From positions 1 through 54,874 of the forward strand of contig CAJVWV010000001.1 in the NCBI GenBank assembly GCA_913009695.1: DNA of 54,874 nt, written 5' to 3'. The translations under genes were made by a program, and so were the position numbers. The notes under the pieces are model-generated. The model made no database searches. It had not been told where the DNA came from and saw only the letters and a program-made list of their open reading frames with translations. How positions within the stretch are numbered: the first letter of the stretch is position 1; each line of letters begins with the position of its first letter. This DNA comes from an uncultured bacterium (GTDB taxonomy: Bacteria > Patescibacteriota > Patescibacteriia > Patescibacteriales > SZUA-104). Of the stretch, positions 24,871 to 34,442 are shown in pieces.

Positions 24871-25778
24871 TAAACATTACTTATCTTTTTTGCTTTTACG
24901 GTTATAATGCTGGATGTGCGCAATAAAGATAAAATTATATTAATTGGCTTAAATATTCGCCAAACTATAGGATTCACTCTTAAATCCTTTTTGCCAATAA
25001 TATAATAAATACTTCTGATAATTGTCTCTGGCTTAATATCATATTGAATATTAATAATTTTAAATCCTGTATTATTTAATAAATTATAAATAGTTTTCTT
25101 CGTGAAAAAATATAAATGCCTCGGTATTTCAAGGCCAAACCAGTAACTTTTAAATAATTTAAATTCTAAACTATCAAAGTTTGGCGTTGTAATAACAATA
25201 TCACCATTCATCTTTGTAGATCTATTTATTTTTATCAAAGTTTCTTTGGGGTTATTCAAATGTTCAATAACATGGCTCATATTTACTATATTAAAAAAAT
25301 CTCTCGGCAAATTTAAATTTAAAATATCTCCACAAAATACTTTAAACCCTTTTTCTTTGACTTCTTTACAAATAAGCTCATTATTATCCGACCCAAAAAT
25401 ATTCCAATTTGGATGCAACGTTTTTACCTTTTCAAGATTAGACACGCTTCCGCATCCAAAATCTAAATAATTTTCAATTGAATGATCAATTTTTAATTTA
25501 TTTTTATTTTGTTTTTTAAAAATATTTTTTATTTTTCTTAAATGTCTTGAAATATAACCATATTTAACATCACTGCCCCCTCGATATGGGCCATAGCAAT
25601 CTGGGTAATATTTTTTTAACTCCACTTGATTGGGCTGAGGATTTAAATATACTAAACCGCAATCCGAGCACTTCACAATATTAAATAAAGTATCAGTAAC
25701 TTTGTGCAGCCTATCCTTGCCTTTAAACAACAACTGATATTTTTCTGAATTACAATTAATACATTTTATATGATTCAT
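24870..25778 (-). CDS. Class I SAM-dependent methyltransferase
   Basis: 302 aa; CINCNS...CSDCG Zn ribbon, YLDFGCGSV SAM motif, SHVIEHLNNP. Confidence 0.75.
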   Translation of the reverse strand: MNHIKCINCNSEKYQLLFKGKDRLHKVTDTLFNIVKCSDCGLVYLNPQPNQVELKKYYPDCYGPYRGGSDVKYGYISRHLRKIKNIFKKQNKNKLKIDHSIENYLDFGCGSVSNLEKVKTLHPNWNIFGSDNNELICKEVKEKGFKVFCGDILNLNLPRDFFNIVNMSHVIEHLNNPKETLIKINRSTKMNGDIVITTPNFDSLEFKLFKSYWFGLEIPRHLYFFTKKTIYNLLNNTGFKIINIQYDIKPETIIRSIYYIIGKKDLRVNPIVWRIFKPINIILSLLRTSSIITVKAKKISNV

Positions 25779-26830
25779 ATCTTCTTAATTATATTTATAT
25801 AAATATCTATTACTGCTTCATAAGAATATTTTTTTTTAATAGTTTCTCGCGCTTTATTGCCTATCTTGCTTCTTAAATCATGATCTTGCGCCAACTTTTT
25901 TATCTTACTGTCCCATTCTTCAAAACTACCTGCTAAAAACCCATTCTCTCCGTCACTAATCAGATAATTGTTTTCTCCAATAGGGCTCACAATTGTTGAT
26001 ACTCCGCATGCCATACACTCTACTGCCTTAAAAGCGCATTTGTTTTGATTCCATTGTGTATCCATTAACGGCATTAAGCCTATATCAAATTTTTGAATAA
26101 CTCTCGGCACCTCCTCCGAATCCCTCCAATTAAGTTCATCAATAAATTCAACATTTAGCTCTTTTACTTTATTAAAAAGAGAATAAACCTTTGTTTCTCT
26201 TTGGCTCCCCACTAAAATAAATTTAAAATTAATATTATCTTTTATCAATTTTTCAAAAACCGGTATTAACAATTCTAAATTCTCGCAATGATCAATGCCT
26301 TTACCAATCCAACCAATATTTAAAATGTTATTATCAGCTCTTTTAAGCACACTATATCGGTCATATAAACCGAAAGGAATGCAAGTAGGAACATAGTAGA
26401 CATTATTATTATATCTTTTAGCCCACTTTACCAAAGAATAACTTCCCGCAATAACAGCATCAGCCATTTTCATTAATATTTTAACCCTTAAATAAGAAGA
26501 ATAGGAATATAAATAAACAGCATCATCAATATCAAAAATTATTTTTCGTTTAAAAATTAATATGTAAATAACAAATAAAACAAAAAAGTATTTATTAATC
26601 GTTCTTTGAAGAAATATCACATCTTTTTTATTTATACTTTTAAATATCTTTATGTACAACCAAGACAGTTTAATTTTTTTAATCCAAGAAGCTTTTGTTA
26701 GGGCGCTTACTGGTGGCTCATGAATAATCGTATTTATATTATTTCTTTTTAACTCATCAGCAACCAAATAAGCTCTTTGCCTAGAGCTTGCGTTATTATT
26801 GTCCCCTATAACAAAAAAGTGAATTTTCAT
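25775..26830 (-). CDS. Glycosyltransferase (GT-B fold, GT1/GT4-like)
   Basis: 351 aa; the C-terminal half has E-x7-E-like context (KAVECMACGVSTIVSPIGENNYLI); 4-nt overlap with the downstream methyltransferase. Confidence 0.65.
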   Translation of the reverse strand: MKIHFFVIGDNNNASSRQRAYLVADELKRNNINTIIHEPPVSALTKASWIKKIKLSWLYIKIFKSINKKDVIFLQRTINKYFFVLFVIYILIFKRKIIFDIDDAVYLYSYSSYLRVKILMKMADAVIAGSYSLVKWAKRYNNNVYYVPTCIPFGLYDRYSVLKRADNNILNIGWIGKGIDHCENLELLIPVFEKLIKDNINFKFILVGSQRETKVYSLFNKVKELNVEFIDELNWRDSEEVPRVIQKFDIGLMPLMDTQWNQNKCAFKAVECMACGVSTIVSPIGENNYLISDGENGFLAGSFEEWDSKIKKLAQDHDLRSKIGNKARETIKKKYSYEAVIDIYINIIKKI

Positions 26831-26842
26831 TTTTTTACAATC

Positions 26843-27994
26843 TTATATTTTTAAATAAATATCTTCTATTTTTTTCGTTGTATAGTTAGAAGTATGATAT
26901 TTTATAACACGATTATAAGCATTTTTAACCACTTCTTTCTTTAATTCATCGTTATTAATTAATTTGGTAATGGCATTACTTAAATCGTCGGCATTGTCTG
27001 GCCGGACAAATAAACCTGTTTTTATATTAAAAATAATTTCCGGAGTTCCGCCAATATTTGTCCCAATAACCGGCACTTTAGCCATCATTGCGTCTACAAC
27101 TGTTGAGGAGAATGGCTCTGGCTCTATTGAAGTTAAGGCTAAAATATTTAATGATTTCATAATTATAGCCAAATCTTTTTTGTATCCCGTAAAAATTATA
27201 TACTTTTCTAATTTTAAATTCTTTACTACCCTCCTTAACTCTTCCTCATTATTTTGTTCCTGCCCTTCTCCGGCTCCAACAATAACACATTTTATATTTT
27301 TAATACCTTCTTTTTTTAATGAATTAATTGCTCTAATTAAAACTTGGGGCCCCTTCCACTCCACTAATCGCCCAACATATCCAATAATTACAGTATCGTT
27401 ATCAGCACCCCACACTTTTCTTTGTTTTAAAATCTCCTCCTCTTTAACTTCCTCTGCTTTTTTATAAAAATCTCTGCCTATATAAACAATAATTTTTTTT
27501 TCTTTATTCTTTAAATAGTTTTCGTAATATAAAGCAGTCGCCTTAGAGTTAAAAATTATTTTTTCAGGAAAATAGGAAAATAATTTAAAAAAGAATAAAG
27601 GAAATGTAAAATCTCTAATAAACCAAATTATTTTTTTTCTTGACATCCATGCTGTTAACGAGCCGATTATGGACGCTCTAACCGTATTACTTATAATTAA
27701 ATCAACATTCTCAGACTTTATTATTTTTTTAACATCTATTACACTCCTCAAAAAACGAAAAATTACTAAAGGATTTATTATTTTTAATTTTTCAAAAGTA
27801 GTAAATAAATAATTAATGCTGGCATTCTCGTATTTTTCAGTTAAGCCAATTTCTTTTGCCTTTTTATCACATACCAATAAGACCTCAAATTTTTCTTTAT
27901 CTATCGCCTCAATATGCTGGATTAACGAAAGCTGTGCTCCGCCTACGAAAGGAGTATGATCTAAAAATAATAATTTTTTTTTAGACAAATTCAT
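26843..27994 (-). CDS. Glycosyltransferase family 4
   Basis: 383 aa; EPFSSTVVDAMMAKVPVIGTNIGGTPEII is a typical GT4 C-terminal motif. Confidence 0.85.
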   Translation of the reverse strand: MNLSKKKLLFLDHTPFVGGAQLSLIQHIEAIDKEKFEVLLVCDKKAKEIGLTEKYENASINYLFTTFEKLKIINPLVIFRFLRSVIDVKKIIKSENVDLIISNTVRASIIGSLTAWMSRKKIIWFIRDFTFPLFFFKLFSYFPEKIIFNSKATALYYENYLKNKEKKIIVYIGRDFYKKAEEVKEEEILKQRKVWGADNDTVIIGYVGRLVEWKGPQVLIRAINSLKKEGIKNIKCVIVGAGEGQEQNNEEELRRVVKNLKLEKYIIFTGYKKDLAIIMKSLNILALTSIEPEPFSSTVVDAMMAKVPVIGTNIGGTPEIIFNIKTGLFVRPDNADDLSNAITKLINNDELKKEVVKNAYNRVIKYHTSNYTTKKIEDIYLKI

Positions 27995-27997
27995 AAA

Positions 27998-28741
27998 TTA
28001 CTTTTTGATTAGATATCGCGTGCTTCTTGTTTTATTATTAATAATCCATATCCTGTTTACATTTTTAGAAAAAATATCTTTTACCTCATTTGAGCTCATA
28101 TAATTCATATACATAAACGGCTTTAATCTTAAATTTAAATAACAAAATTTTTTTGAAATTCCAAATTTGTATACCAATATATAGTATAAAAATCCTCTTA
28201 ATTTTAACAATTTTTCTTTAAAAAATAAATAATTAGGAATGCTTGGTAGTTGAAAAAATAAAACGCCTCCGGGTTTTAAAACTCTAAAAAATTCTTTTAA
28301 ATAATTTTTGATTTGATTTTTATCTGGAATATGTTGCAAAGTAATTACGGAATAAATAAAATTAAATTTATTATCATCAAAAATTTTTAAATCATCAGCC
28401 GTATTTTGAATAAAAGTTATTTTTTCATTTTTATTATACTCTTTAGCCTTAAAAATCATTTTTTCCGAAACATCAACTCCATAAACATTTTCAAAATGCC
28501 GCGCCAAGGCTTGCGTCACTCTACCAATCCCGCATCCAAAATCAAGAGCCATGTCAAAATTAATTTTATTATTCGAACTTTTTATTATATCCATTACATA
28601 TTTAACTTCCTTTTTTCCGGTTTTAAAAAACTCCTCTTCGTCCCATTTATTATATTTTTTATCTGGTGCGGACAAAATGGCCCACTTAGAATCAAGTTCC
28701 GCAAACTCTTCCCAATCATTATAATAATCCTGTTTTTTCAT
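27998..28741 (-). CDS. Class I SAM-dependent methyltransferase
   Basis: 247 aa; ALDFGCGIGRVTQAL SAM-binding motif, LKPGGVLFFQ. Confidence 0.8.
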   Translation of the reverse strand: MKKQDYYNDWEEFAELDSKWAILSAPDKKYNKWDEEEFFKTGKKEVKYVMDIIKSSNNKINFDMALDFGCGIGRVTQALARHFENVYGVDVSEKMIFKAKEYNKNEKITFIQNTADDLKIFDDNKFNFIYSVITLQHIPDKNQIKNYLKEFFRVLKPGGVLFFQLPSIPNYLFFKEKLLKLRGFLYYILVYKFGISKKFCYLNLRLKPFMYMNYMSSNEVKDIFSKNVNRIWIINNKTRSTRYLIKK

Positions 28742-28753
28742 AAATGAAATTTA

Positions 28754-31048
28754 TTATTCCGCCATGGCTTTATTAGCTTTTTCAGCGTACTCTAGCGCCT
28801 TGTCTATATCTCCCCGCTCTTTATATAAGGCGGATATATTAGTTAACCAAGTATAATTATTACTATCAAGCATATAGCCTCTCCTATTGTACAAAATTGC
28901 TTTATCAATATTACCTAATTTATAGTATACATCAGCTATTCTTTTATATACAGCGAAATTATGGGGGGCAATCTCTAATATCTTTTCATAATAATTTAAC
29001 GAATTTTTCCATTCATTTTTATAAAAATACGCTTCTCCTATATTATAATAAAAAATAACATATTCTTTTTCTAAACTTTTTTTATGTTCAATTAATTCCG
29101 GTCCTAAACGCTCATCGTCTAAGTAGGCCATAACACTTAAGCCTTCTTTCAGTATACTTATAGATTCATCATAATTTCCCTGCCACAACTTCATTCTTCC
29201 CCAATCTTTATACACGTAAGTAAAATAAGGATTTACTATAAGGAGTTTTTTGTATTCCTTATCAGCTAACTCGTAATAGGCCGTATCTAAATAATGACCA
29301 AACAAAGTATGAGCATGAGCTATGTTTATGTTTAATTTGTAAAATCTTTCCTTGTCGCCTATTAAATCTATCACATTCTCAATATTATTTTTAATTTCTC
29401 GGTTTATTTCCGTGCTATTATCGTTCGCCAAACAATTTAAATTATTATAAATATATCTATCTTGATAAAAAGTACTACTAGGATGCCATTTAATATTTTT
29501 ATTTAAATTGTCTATTACTCCCTGGCAATTTTTTTCTTTTTTCGCAATATCGGTCTTCATCAAATAGTAGTCAGCAATAATCGGTTTTATATTATACATA
29601 AATATTGAAATGCCCACTGTTGAAGCGATGCTTATAGAAATTAATATCATGGATATTTTAGTTAAATGAATATTAATATTTTTTCGTTTATCTTCTGAAG
29701 TTAAAAATAATAATAAAACTAAAAATAAATATAAATATACATAATTTGTTACCACAGAAAAACTAAATAAATTATTAATAAAATAGCCCCCCAGCATTAT
29801 CAATAAGCTAACTATTAACCAAAAATTTTTATCTCTTTTTTCTCTATTCTTAATAGATCTTATAGACAACAAAATAATATAAGAATAAAATATAGAGATA
29901 GCGGCTAATCCAAATAATCCTTTTGTAAAAATAATATCAAATATAACATTATGCGACCTATCTGGATATGAGTTAACTCCATATACGCTCCATTCACGAT
30001 TATAATATTTAACATAGACATCGCTTATGTTTTCCTGCCCATATCCAAATAACAATCTTTTAGTGTCCATCTGTTTTATTTCTTCTACTGCGGCACTCCA
30101 ATAGAGAAGTCTTAATTTAACTGATCCTGTTTGAAAATTAGTAATATTTTTTAATCTATAAATTAAAAAACTATCTTGCTTTTCTTTTAAATCAACAAAG
30201 CTAGCAGAAAAAACTGAAAATATTAGTAATAATAAAAATACTGGCAAATAAAATTTATAAATTAACTTTTTAGTAAATATTTTTTTTCTATAAAGTAGCA
30301 TCATAACCACAAAAAAAATAAAAATCTCAAATAAAAATCCTAACCAGGCTGATCTGCTGTATGTCAAAAGTAAACACATTAATTGTGAAACCACTAAAAT
30401 TATCAATAAAAATTTAGTCAAAAATTTTTTCGCTATATAGAATATACTAAAAATACTAACTGGGATTATCATTATTAAATAATGGCCGAAAAAATTGGGC
30501 TGGCCAAGGCTCGCGTAAATCCTTCCATTTACCGGGCCAAACGCGGTTTTTTGCCATTCTGTAAATCCTAGACCTAGGTATTGCGCTAACCCATAAAAAC
30601 AAACAATTGATGAAGACAATAAAATAGCCAGTATTATTCTTTTTATTTGTTTCCAATCTTTTAAATTAAAAAATAGCAATAAAAAAAATAAAATATAATG
30701 AAAAATTATATATGCACCTTCTTGCCTTATATATTCTCCGAATAAACTTCTTAAGGGGTGAATTGAAAAAAATAAGCTTATCAAGTTGCTTATTATAAAA
30801 AAACCAACTAAAATTAATAATTTATTGTTTTTAAAATTATATTTTATTTTGTCTCCCAAAAATACTTTTAAAATATAAATAACAAACATTAACTCAACTA
30901 AAATTGAAAAAATAACCGCTTTAGGAAGTTGAATTAAATTATAGGTTATCGGCCAAAATGAAAATATAATCGGCACTATAAAAATAATTAAAAGCCAGCC
31001 AGCTTCCATCAGGTTATCGCAAATTTTTACTATTTTAGACTTATCCAT
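28754..31048 (-). CDS. O-antigen-ligase-like (Wzy_C) polytopic membrane protein fused to C-terminal TPR repeats
   Basis: 764 aa; ~12 TM segments; TYSRSAWLGFLFE motif typical of Wzy_C/O-antigen ligase domains. The C-terminal ~250 aa are TPR-like (YYNIGEAYFYKNEW..., ADVYYKLGNIDKA...). It lies immediately downstream of pilA. Confidence 0.75.
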   Translation of the reverse strand: MDKSKIVKICDNLMEAGWLLIIFIVPIIFSFWPITYNLIQLPKAVIFSILVELMFVIYILKVFLGDKIKYNFKNNKLLILVGFFIISNLISLFFSIHPLRSLFGEYIRQEGAYIIFHYILFFLLLFFNLKDWKQIKRIILAILLSSSIVCFYGLAQYLGLGFTEWQKTAFGPVNGRIYASLGQPNFFGHYLIMIIPVSIFSIFYIAKKFLTKFLLIILVVSQLMCLLLTYSRSAWLGFLFEIFIFFVVMMLLYRKKIFTKKLIYKFYLPVFLLLLIFSVFSASFVDLKEKQDSFLIYRLKNITNFQTGSVKLRLLYWSAAVEEIKQMDTKRLLFGYGQENISDVYVKYYNREWSVYGVNSYPDRSHNVIFDIIFTKGLFGLAAISIFYSYIILLSIRSIKNREKRDKNFWLIVSLLIMLGGYFINNLFSFSVVTNYVYLYLFLVLLLFLTSEDKRKNINIHLTKISMILISISIASTVGISIFMYNIKPIIADYYLMKTDIAKKEKNCQGVIDNLNKNIKWHPSSTFYQDRYIYNNLNCLANDNSTEINREIKNNIENVIDLIGDKERFYKLNINIAHAHTLFGHYLDTAYYELADKEYKKLLIVNPYFTYVYKDWGRMKLWQGNYDESISILKEGLSVMAYLDDERLGPELIEHKKSLEKEYVIFYYNIGEAYFYKNEWKNSLNYYEKILEIAPHNFAVYKRIADVYYKLGNIDKAILYNRRGYMLDSNNYTWLTNISALYKERGDIDKALEYAEKANKAMAE

Positions 31049-31069
31049 ATATATAATTATAGCATTTTA

Positions 31070-31112
31070 TCAAAAATAAATCCGCCCCGCAAAATGCGGG
31101 GCGGATTTATTT
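31070..31112 (-). terminator. Strong intrinsic terminator just after pilA (bidirectional-looking)
   Basis: AAATCCGCCCCGC-aaaat-GCGGGGCGGATTT: perfect 13-bp stem with T-runs on both strands, 20 nt past the pilA stop. Confidence 0.8.
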
Positions 31113-31130
31113 TAAACAATAAAATTTAAA

Positions 31131-31628
31131 TTATTGCTTCGTACAACCTGAAATACCGGCTGAACATGCTGTATTCCATTGAGCTCCATCCACTCCACCA
31201 ACATCTCCTGCAACATAATATTCAATACTATATTCACCATTAGTTGAAAGGACCTGAGTTTCTGAATTATAAAGATAAGCGCCACCACTATCAGTAGGTG
31301 TAGGATTTTCAGGAACCTGTGCCATATATATAGTACCGCCACCACTTGAACAATCTGCTGATGCATCAAAGCCAGTAACAGAATCAAGACACTCATATCC
31401 GGTTTCTCCTAAATTCACACCATCTTGAGTAGGATATCCGTTTTGATCATTATAGAATAATTCTAACGCAGTTTGAACCTGCTTAACATCAGAAATACGC
31501 TTAGCGTCTCTTGCTTTCTGTCTGGCGTTATTTAAAGACACTACGGCTAATGTTGATAATAGGCCGATAATCGCGATAACGACCAATAATTCAATTAAAG
31601 TAAAACCTTTTTTATTTATTTTTTGCAT
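31131..31628 (-). CDS. pilA: Type IV major pilin
   Basis: 165 aa; KKGFTLIELLVVIAIIGLLSTLAVVSL class III signal; C-terminal Cys pairs; GGAGG SD. Confidence 0.9.
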   Translation of the reverse strand: MQKINKKGFTLIELLVVIAIIGLLSTLAVVSLNNARQKARDAKRISDVKQVQTALELFYNDQNGYPTQDGVNLGETGYECLDSVTGFDASADCSSGGGTIYMAQVPENPTPTDSGGAYLYNSETQVLSTNGEYSIEYYVAGDVGGVDGAQWNTACSAGISGCTKQ

Positions 31629-31893
31629 ATTTCACCTCCCCTCGCATTACCCGTAAGTCTCGAACTTAATCCTAGGAATTAAACCAAACACCCCGAGCAA
31701 GATTAATAATTAATAAAAAGTGAATAAAATATTTATCCACAGTTATATCGACTTAACTACATTATACCATAAATTTAACGAATTATAAATAAAAATTCAC
31801 TAAATATTCGTTAAATTCGTTTAAATTTACACTACTTAAACAGAAATCATACACAATTTAGCTGACTAATTGTTAATTTACTCTTTTATAATT

Positions 31894-31986
31894 CCCCCCT
31901 TTAGCAAGGGGGGGGTTGGGGGGATTTAGCGGAGGTGGCATATTACCACGGTTTTAAATCCCCCTAGCCCCCTTTAATAAAGGGGG
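31894..31986. repeat. Two family 2 mini-elements in inverted orientation in the pilC-pilA spacer
   Basis: 31894-31926 is CCCCCCTTtagcAAGGGGGGggttGGGGGGATT and 31957-31986 is AATCCCCCtagCCCCCTTTaataAAAGGGGG. They flank tagcggaggtggcatattaccacggtttt. Confidence 0.85.
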
Positions 31987-32031
31987 AACTCTCTAACTTA
32001 AATAACATACTACCTGTGCCGACTAAAATCT

Positions 32032-33240
32032 CTAAATAGTGCTTGCCAAGTTATACATAGGCAGAATAACGGCTGAAACCATTATGCCAACCGCTATGCC
32101 CATAATTACCATAATAACAGGCTCCATCAAAGTCATTAGGTTGGTGATAATATTGGAAATTTCACGGCTATAAAATTCAGAGATACGCTCCAAAACTACA
32201 TCAAGCTTACCTGTTTTTTCACCAATGCTCATCATTTGTGAAACCATTTGCGGGATTTCACTGCTTTCAACGAAAACACTGGAAATGGAATTGCCGTCTT
32301 CAACTTCTTTAATCGTTTCATCTATTAATTTACTGTAAATTTTATTATTTACGATTTCAGAGGTAATTTTAAGGCCTTCTGTAATAGTTACGCCTCCAAC
32401 AATTAAAGTATTTAACGAACGGGTAAAACGCACTATATAAATTCGCTGGAACAACTTGCCAAAAATAGGGATGCGCAGCTTGAAGGTATCTAAAAAAATA
32501 CGGCCCTTGGGCGTTTGTTTAAAAACAAAAATCGCCGCAACCAATCCAATAACAACTAACAGCAGCAGCCACCAAAAATTAACTAAAAAACCTGAAACGG
32601 CTAATAAGATTTTTGTAGTAATAGGAAGTTCAGCGCCGGATTCCGTCATTATACTAGTTAGTTTTGGCACTACAAATATCATCATAACGACTCCAACCAC
32701 GATTAAACCAGTTATTACAAAAGCTGGGTATATCATCGCGCCTTTTATTTTACCCATCATATCATAATCTTTTTCCATTTCTTCTGCTAAATAATTTAAT
32801 GATTCATCCAGCCTCCCCGAAGTTTCTCCGGCCTTTATAACACTAACGTAAAAATTTGAAAATACTTCCGGCCTTTTTGCTAAAGCATCAGAAAGCTTTG
32901 ATCCTCCGTCAACTTCATAAGCGATTTCCGAAATTATCATTTTTAATCTAATATTATCGGTTTGCTCAATTAAAATTTTTAAAGCCTGCACAACCGTAAC
33001 ATTGGCGGAAATCATTACTGAAAATTGCCGCGACATAATTACAACATCTTTTCTTTTAACTTTATTTAAAATCGCTAAATATTTAGAAGCAAAATTAGTT
33101 TCTGATTCCTTTTTTAAAGAAATAATTGTAAGGCCTCGTTCGTGTAATGCTTCGGCGGCTAAATCATCAGACGCCGCCTCTACTAAGCCGTTTGAGGTTT
33201 CTTTATTTTTATTTATTGCTTTATATTTAAAAATAGCCAT
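32032..33240 (-). CDS. pilC: Type IV pilus platform protein (GspF/PilC family)
   Basis: 402 aa; duplicated T2SF domain architecture with 3 TM segments. Confidence 0.9.
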   Translation of the reverse strand: MAIFKYKAINKNKETSNGLVEAASDDLAAEALHERGLTIISLKKESETNFASKYLAILNKVKRKDVVIMSRQFSVMISANVTVVQALKILIEQTDNIRLKMIISEIAYEVDGGSKLSDALAKRPEVFSNFYVSVIKAGETSGRLDESLNYLAEEMEKDYDMMGKIKGAMIYPAFVITGLIVVGVVMMIFVVPKLTSIMTESGAELPITTKILLAVSGFLVNFWWLLLLVVIGLVAAIFVFKQTPKGRIFLDTFKLRIPIFGKLFQRIYIVRFTRSLNTLIVGGVTITEGLKITSEIVNNKIYSKLIDETIKEVEDGNSISSVFVESSEIPQMVSQMMSIGEKTGKLDVVLERISEFYSREISNIITNLMTLMEPVIMVIMGIAVGIMVSAVILPMYNLASTI

Positions 33241-33297
33241 AAATTAAAGGTTGAAAATTAATTCCGAATGCTTAGAACTAATTACAAGTTATAAATT

Positions 33298-34428
33298 TTA
33301 ATTATCTAATTTTAAACTTTCAACATCTTCTTGTTTTATTTCTCCCGACCGGATAAGCTCGTCAATCGCTTTTTCCATACTAATCATGCCCTCTTTTCTG
33401 GATGTTTGAATTATGCTTTCAAGTTGATAAATTTTTCCTTCTCTAATTAAAGATTTTACGGCTCCGGTTGCTAAAACTATTTCAACGGCCATAACTATCC
33501 CACCACCTATCTTCGGTACTAATTTCTGAACAATTACGCCCAACAAAACATCCGCTAAGCTAAAACGAGCCGCTTCTGTTGATTTTTTTATTTCAATGGA
33601 ATCTAATACTTTATCTATCGCCCTAATTGAACTATCGGCGTTAACTTCCATAAACACTAAAGAATTCCCGGCAGCCAAATCCAAAACAAGCGGAACGGCT
33701 TCATTGAATTCTTTTTTTATCTTCCCAATATAGACAACATCCGCGTCTTCATTTAAACAATGCTTGAGTCCCTGAACCACGGATTTTACGTCCTTGCCGA
33801 CTTGCCTCTGCGATATTAAACTTTTTTTGCTAACGAATAAATATTCTATCGGATCTTCAATTGTAATTATATTTTTTTTATAATTTTTATTAATTTCTTC
33901 AATAACAGCAGCGACCGTAGTTGTTTTTCCGGAAGCATAAGATCCGGCTATAATAAAAAATCCGGAATTTAATTTAATTATATCATTTAAAATTTTAGGT
34001 AATTTTAAATCAGAAAAACTTTTAAAAGTATTCGGGATATAATTAAAAGTTATAGAAGGCAAACTTTTCTGATAATATATATTGATCTTAAATCGGAAAC
34101 CGCTCGCGAGTTCTTTAATTAAAATTATTTCTTTTTCTTCTTTTAATTTTTTCTTTTCAGTTTCATTGGCAATTGAATCTATAATTTTTTCTACAATATC
34201 AACGGTAGTTATATTTTCTTCTTTAATCTCCACAAGCCGATCATCAACTCGCATCACAGGCAAGCTCCCGACAGTCAAATGCACGCTGGAAGCGTTCTTT
34301 TTGGCCGCTTGAGTTAATATTCTGTTTAAAAAAATTGATGGCACTTCCATATTTTTGTAATTTGTAACTAGAAATTTGTAATTTGGTAAATTTTTCTGCA
34401 ATACTAACAATAATTTCCAAATTACCAA
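33298..34428 (-). CDS. pilT: PilT-like hexameric ATPase with degenerate catalytic motifs; likely start ATG 34350
   Basis: Collinear with PilT (ASSVHLTVGSLPVMRVDD, RFKINIYYQ, IEDPIEY, GGGIVMAVEIVLATGAVKSLIREGK). However Walker A is GSYASGKTT, Walker B reads DADVVYIGKIKK, and the His box reads AAGNSLVFMEVNA. Confidence 0.8.
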   Translation of the reverse strand: MVIWKLLLVLQKNLPNYKFLVTNYKNMEVPSIFLNRILTQAAKKNASSVHLTVGSLPVMRVDDRLVEIKEENITTVDIVEKIIDSIANETEKKKLKEEKEIILIKELASGFRFKINIYYQKSLPSITFNYIPNTFKSFSDLKLPKILNDIIKLNSGFFIIAGSYASGKTTTVAAVIEEINKNYKKNIITIEDPIEYLFVSKKSLISQRQVGKDVKSVVQGLKHCLNEDADVVYIGKIKKEFNEAVPLVLDLAAGNSLVFMEVNADSSIRAIDKVLDSIEIKKSTEAARFSLADVLLGVIVQKLVPKIGGGIVMAVEIVLATGAVKSLIREGKIYQLESIIQTSRKEGMISMEKAIDELIRSGEIKQEDVESLKLDN

Positions 34429-34442
34429 TTACGAATTTCTAA

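Noticed and set aside
31112-31396. 94-aa alternative-frame ORF overlapping pilA
   Set aside because: It lies inside the well-supported pilin gene and crosses the terminator hairpin, and it has no independent support.
31629-32031. Sigma-54 (-24/-12) promoter upstream of pilA
   Set aside because: I looked for TGGCAC-N5-TTGC on the pilA strand. The only GG/GC candidates (around 31930-31950) have the wrong spacing, and no EBP-type activator is encoded nearby.
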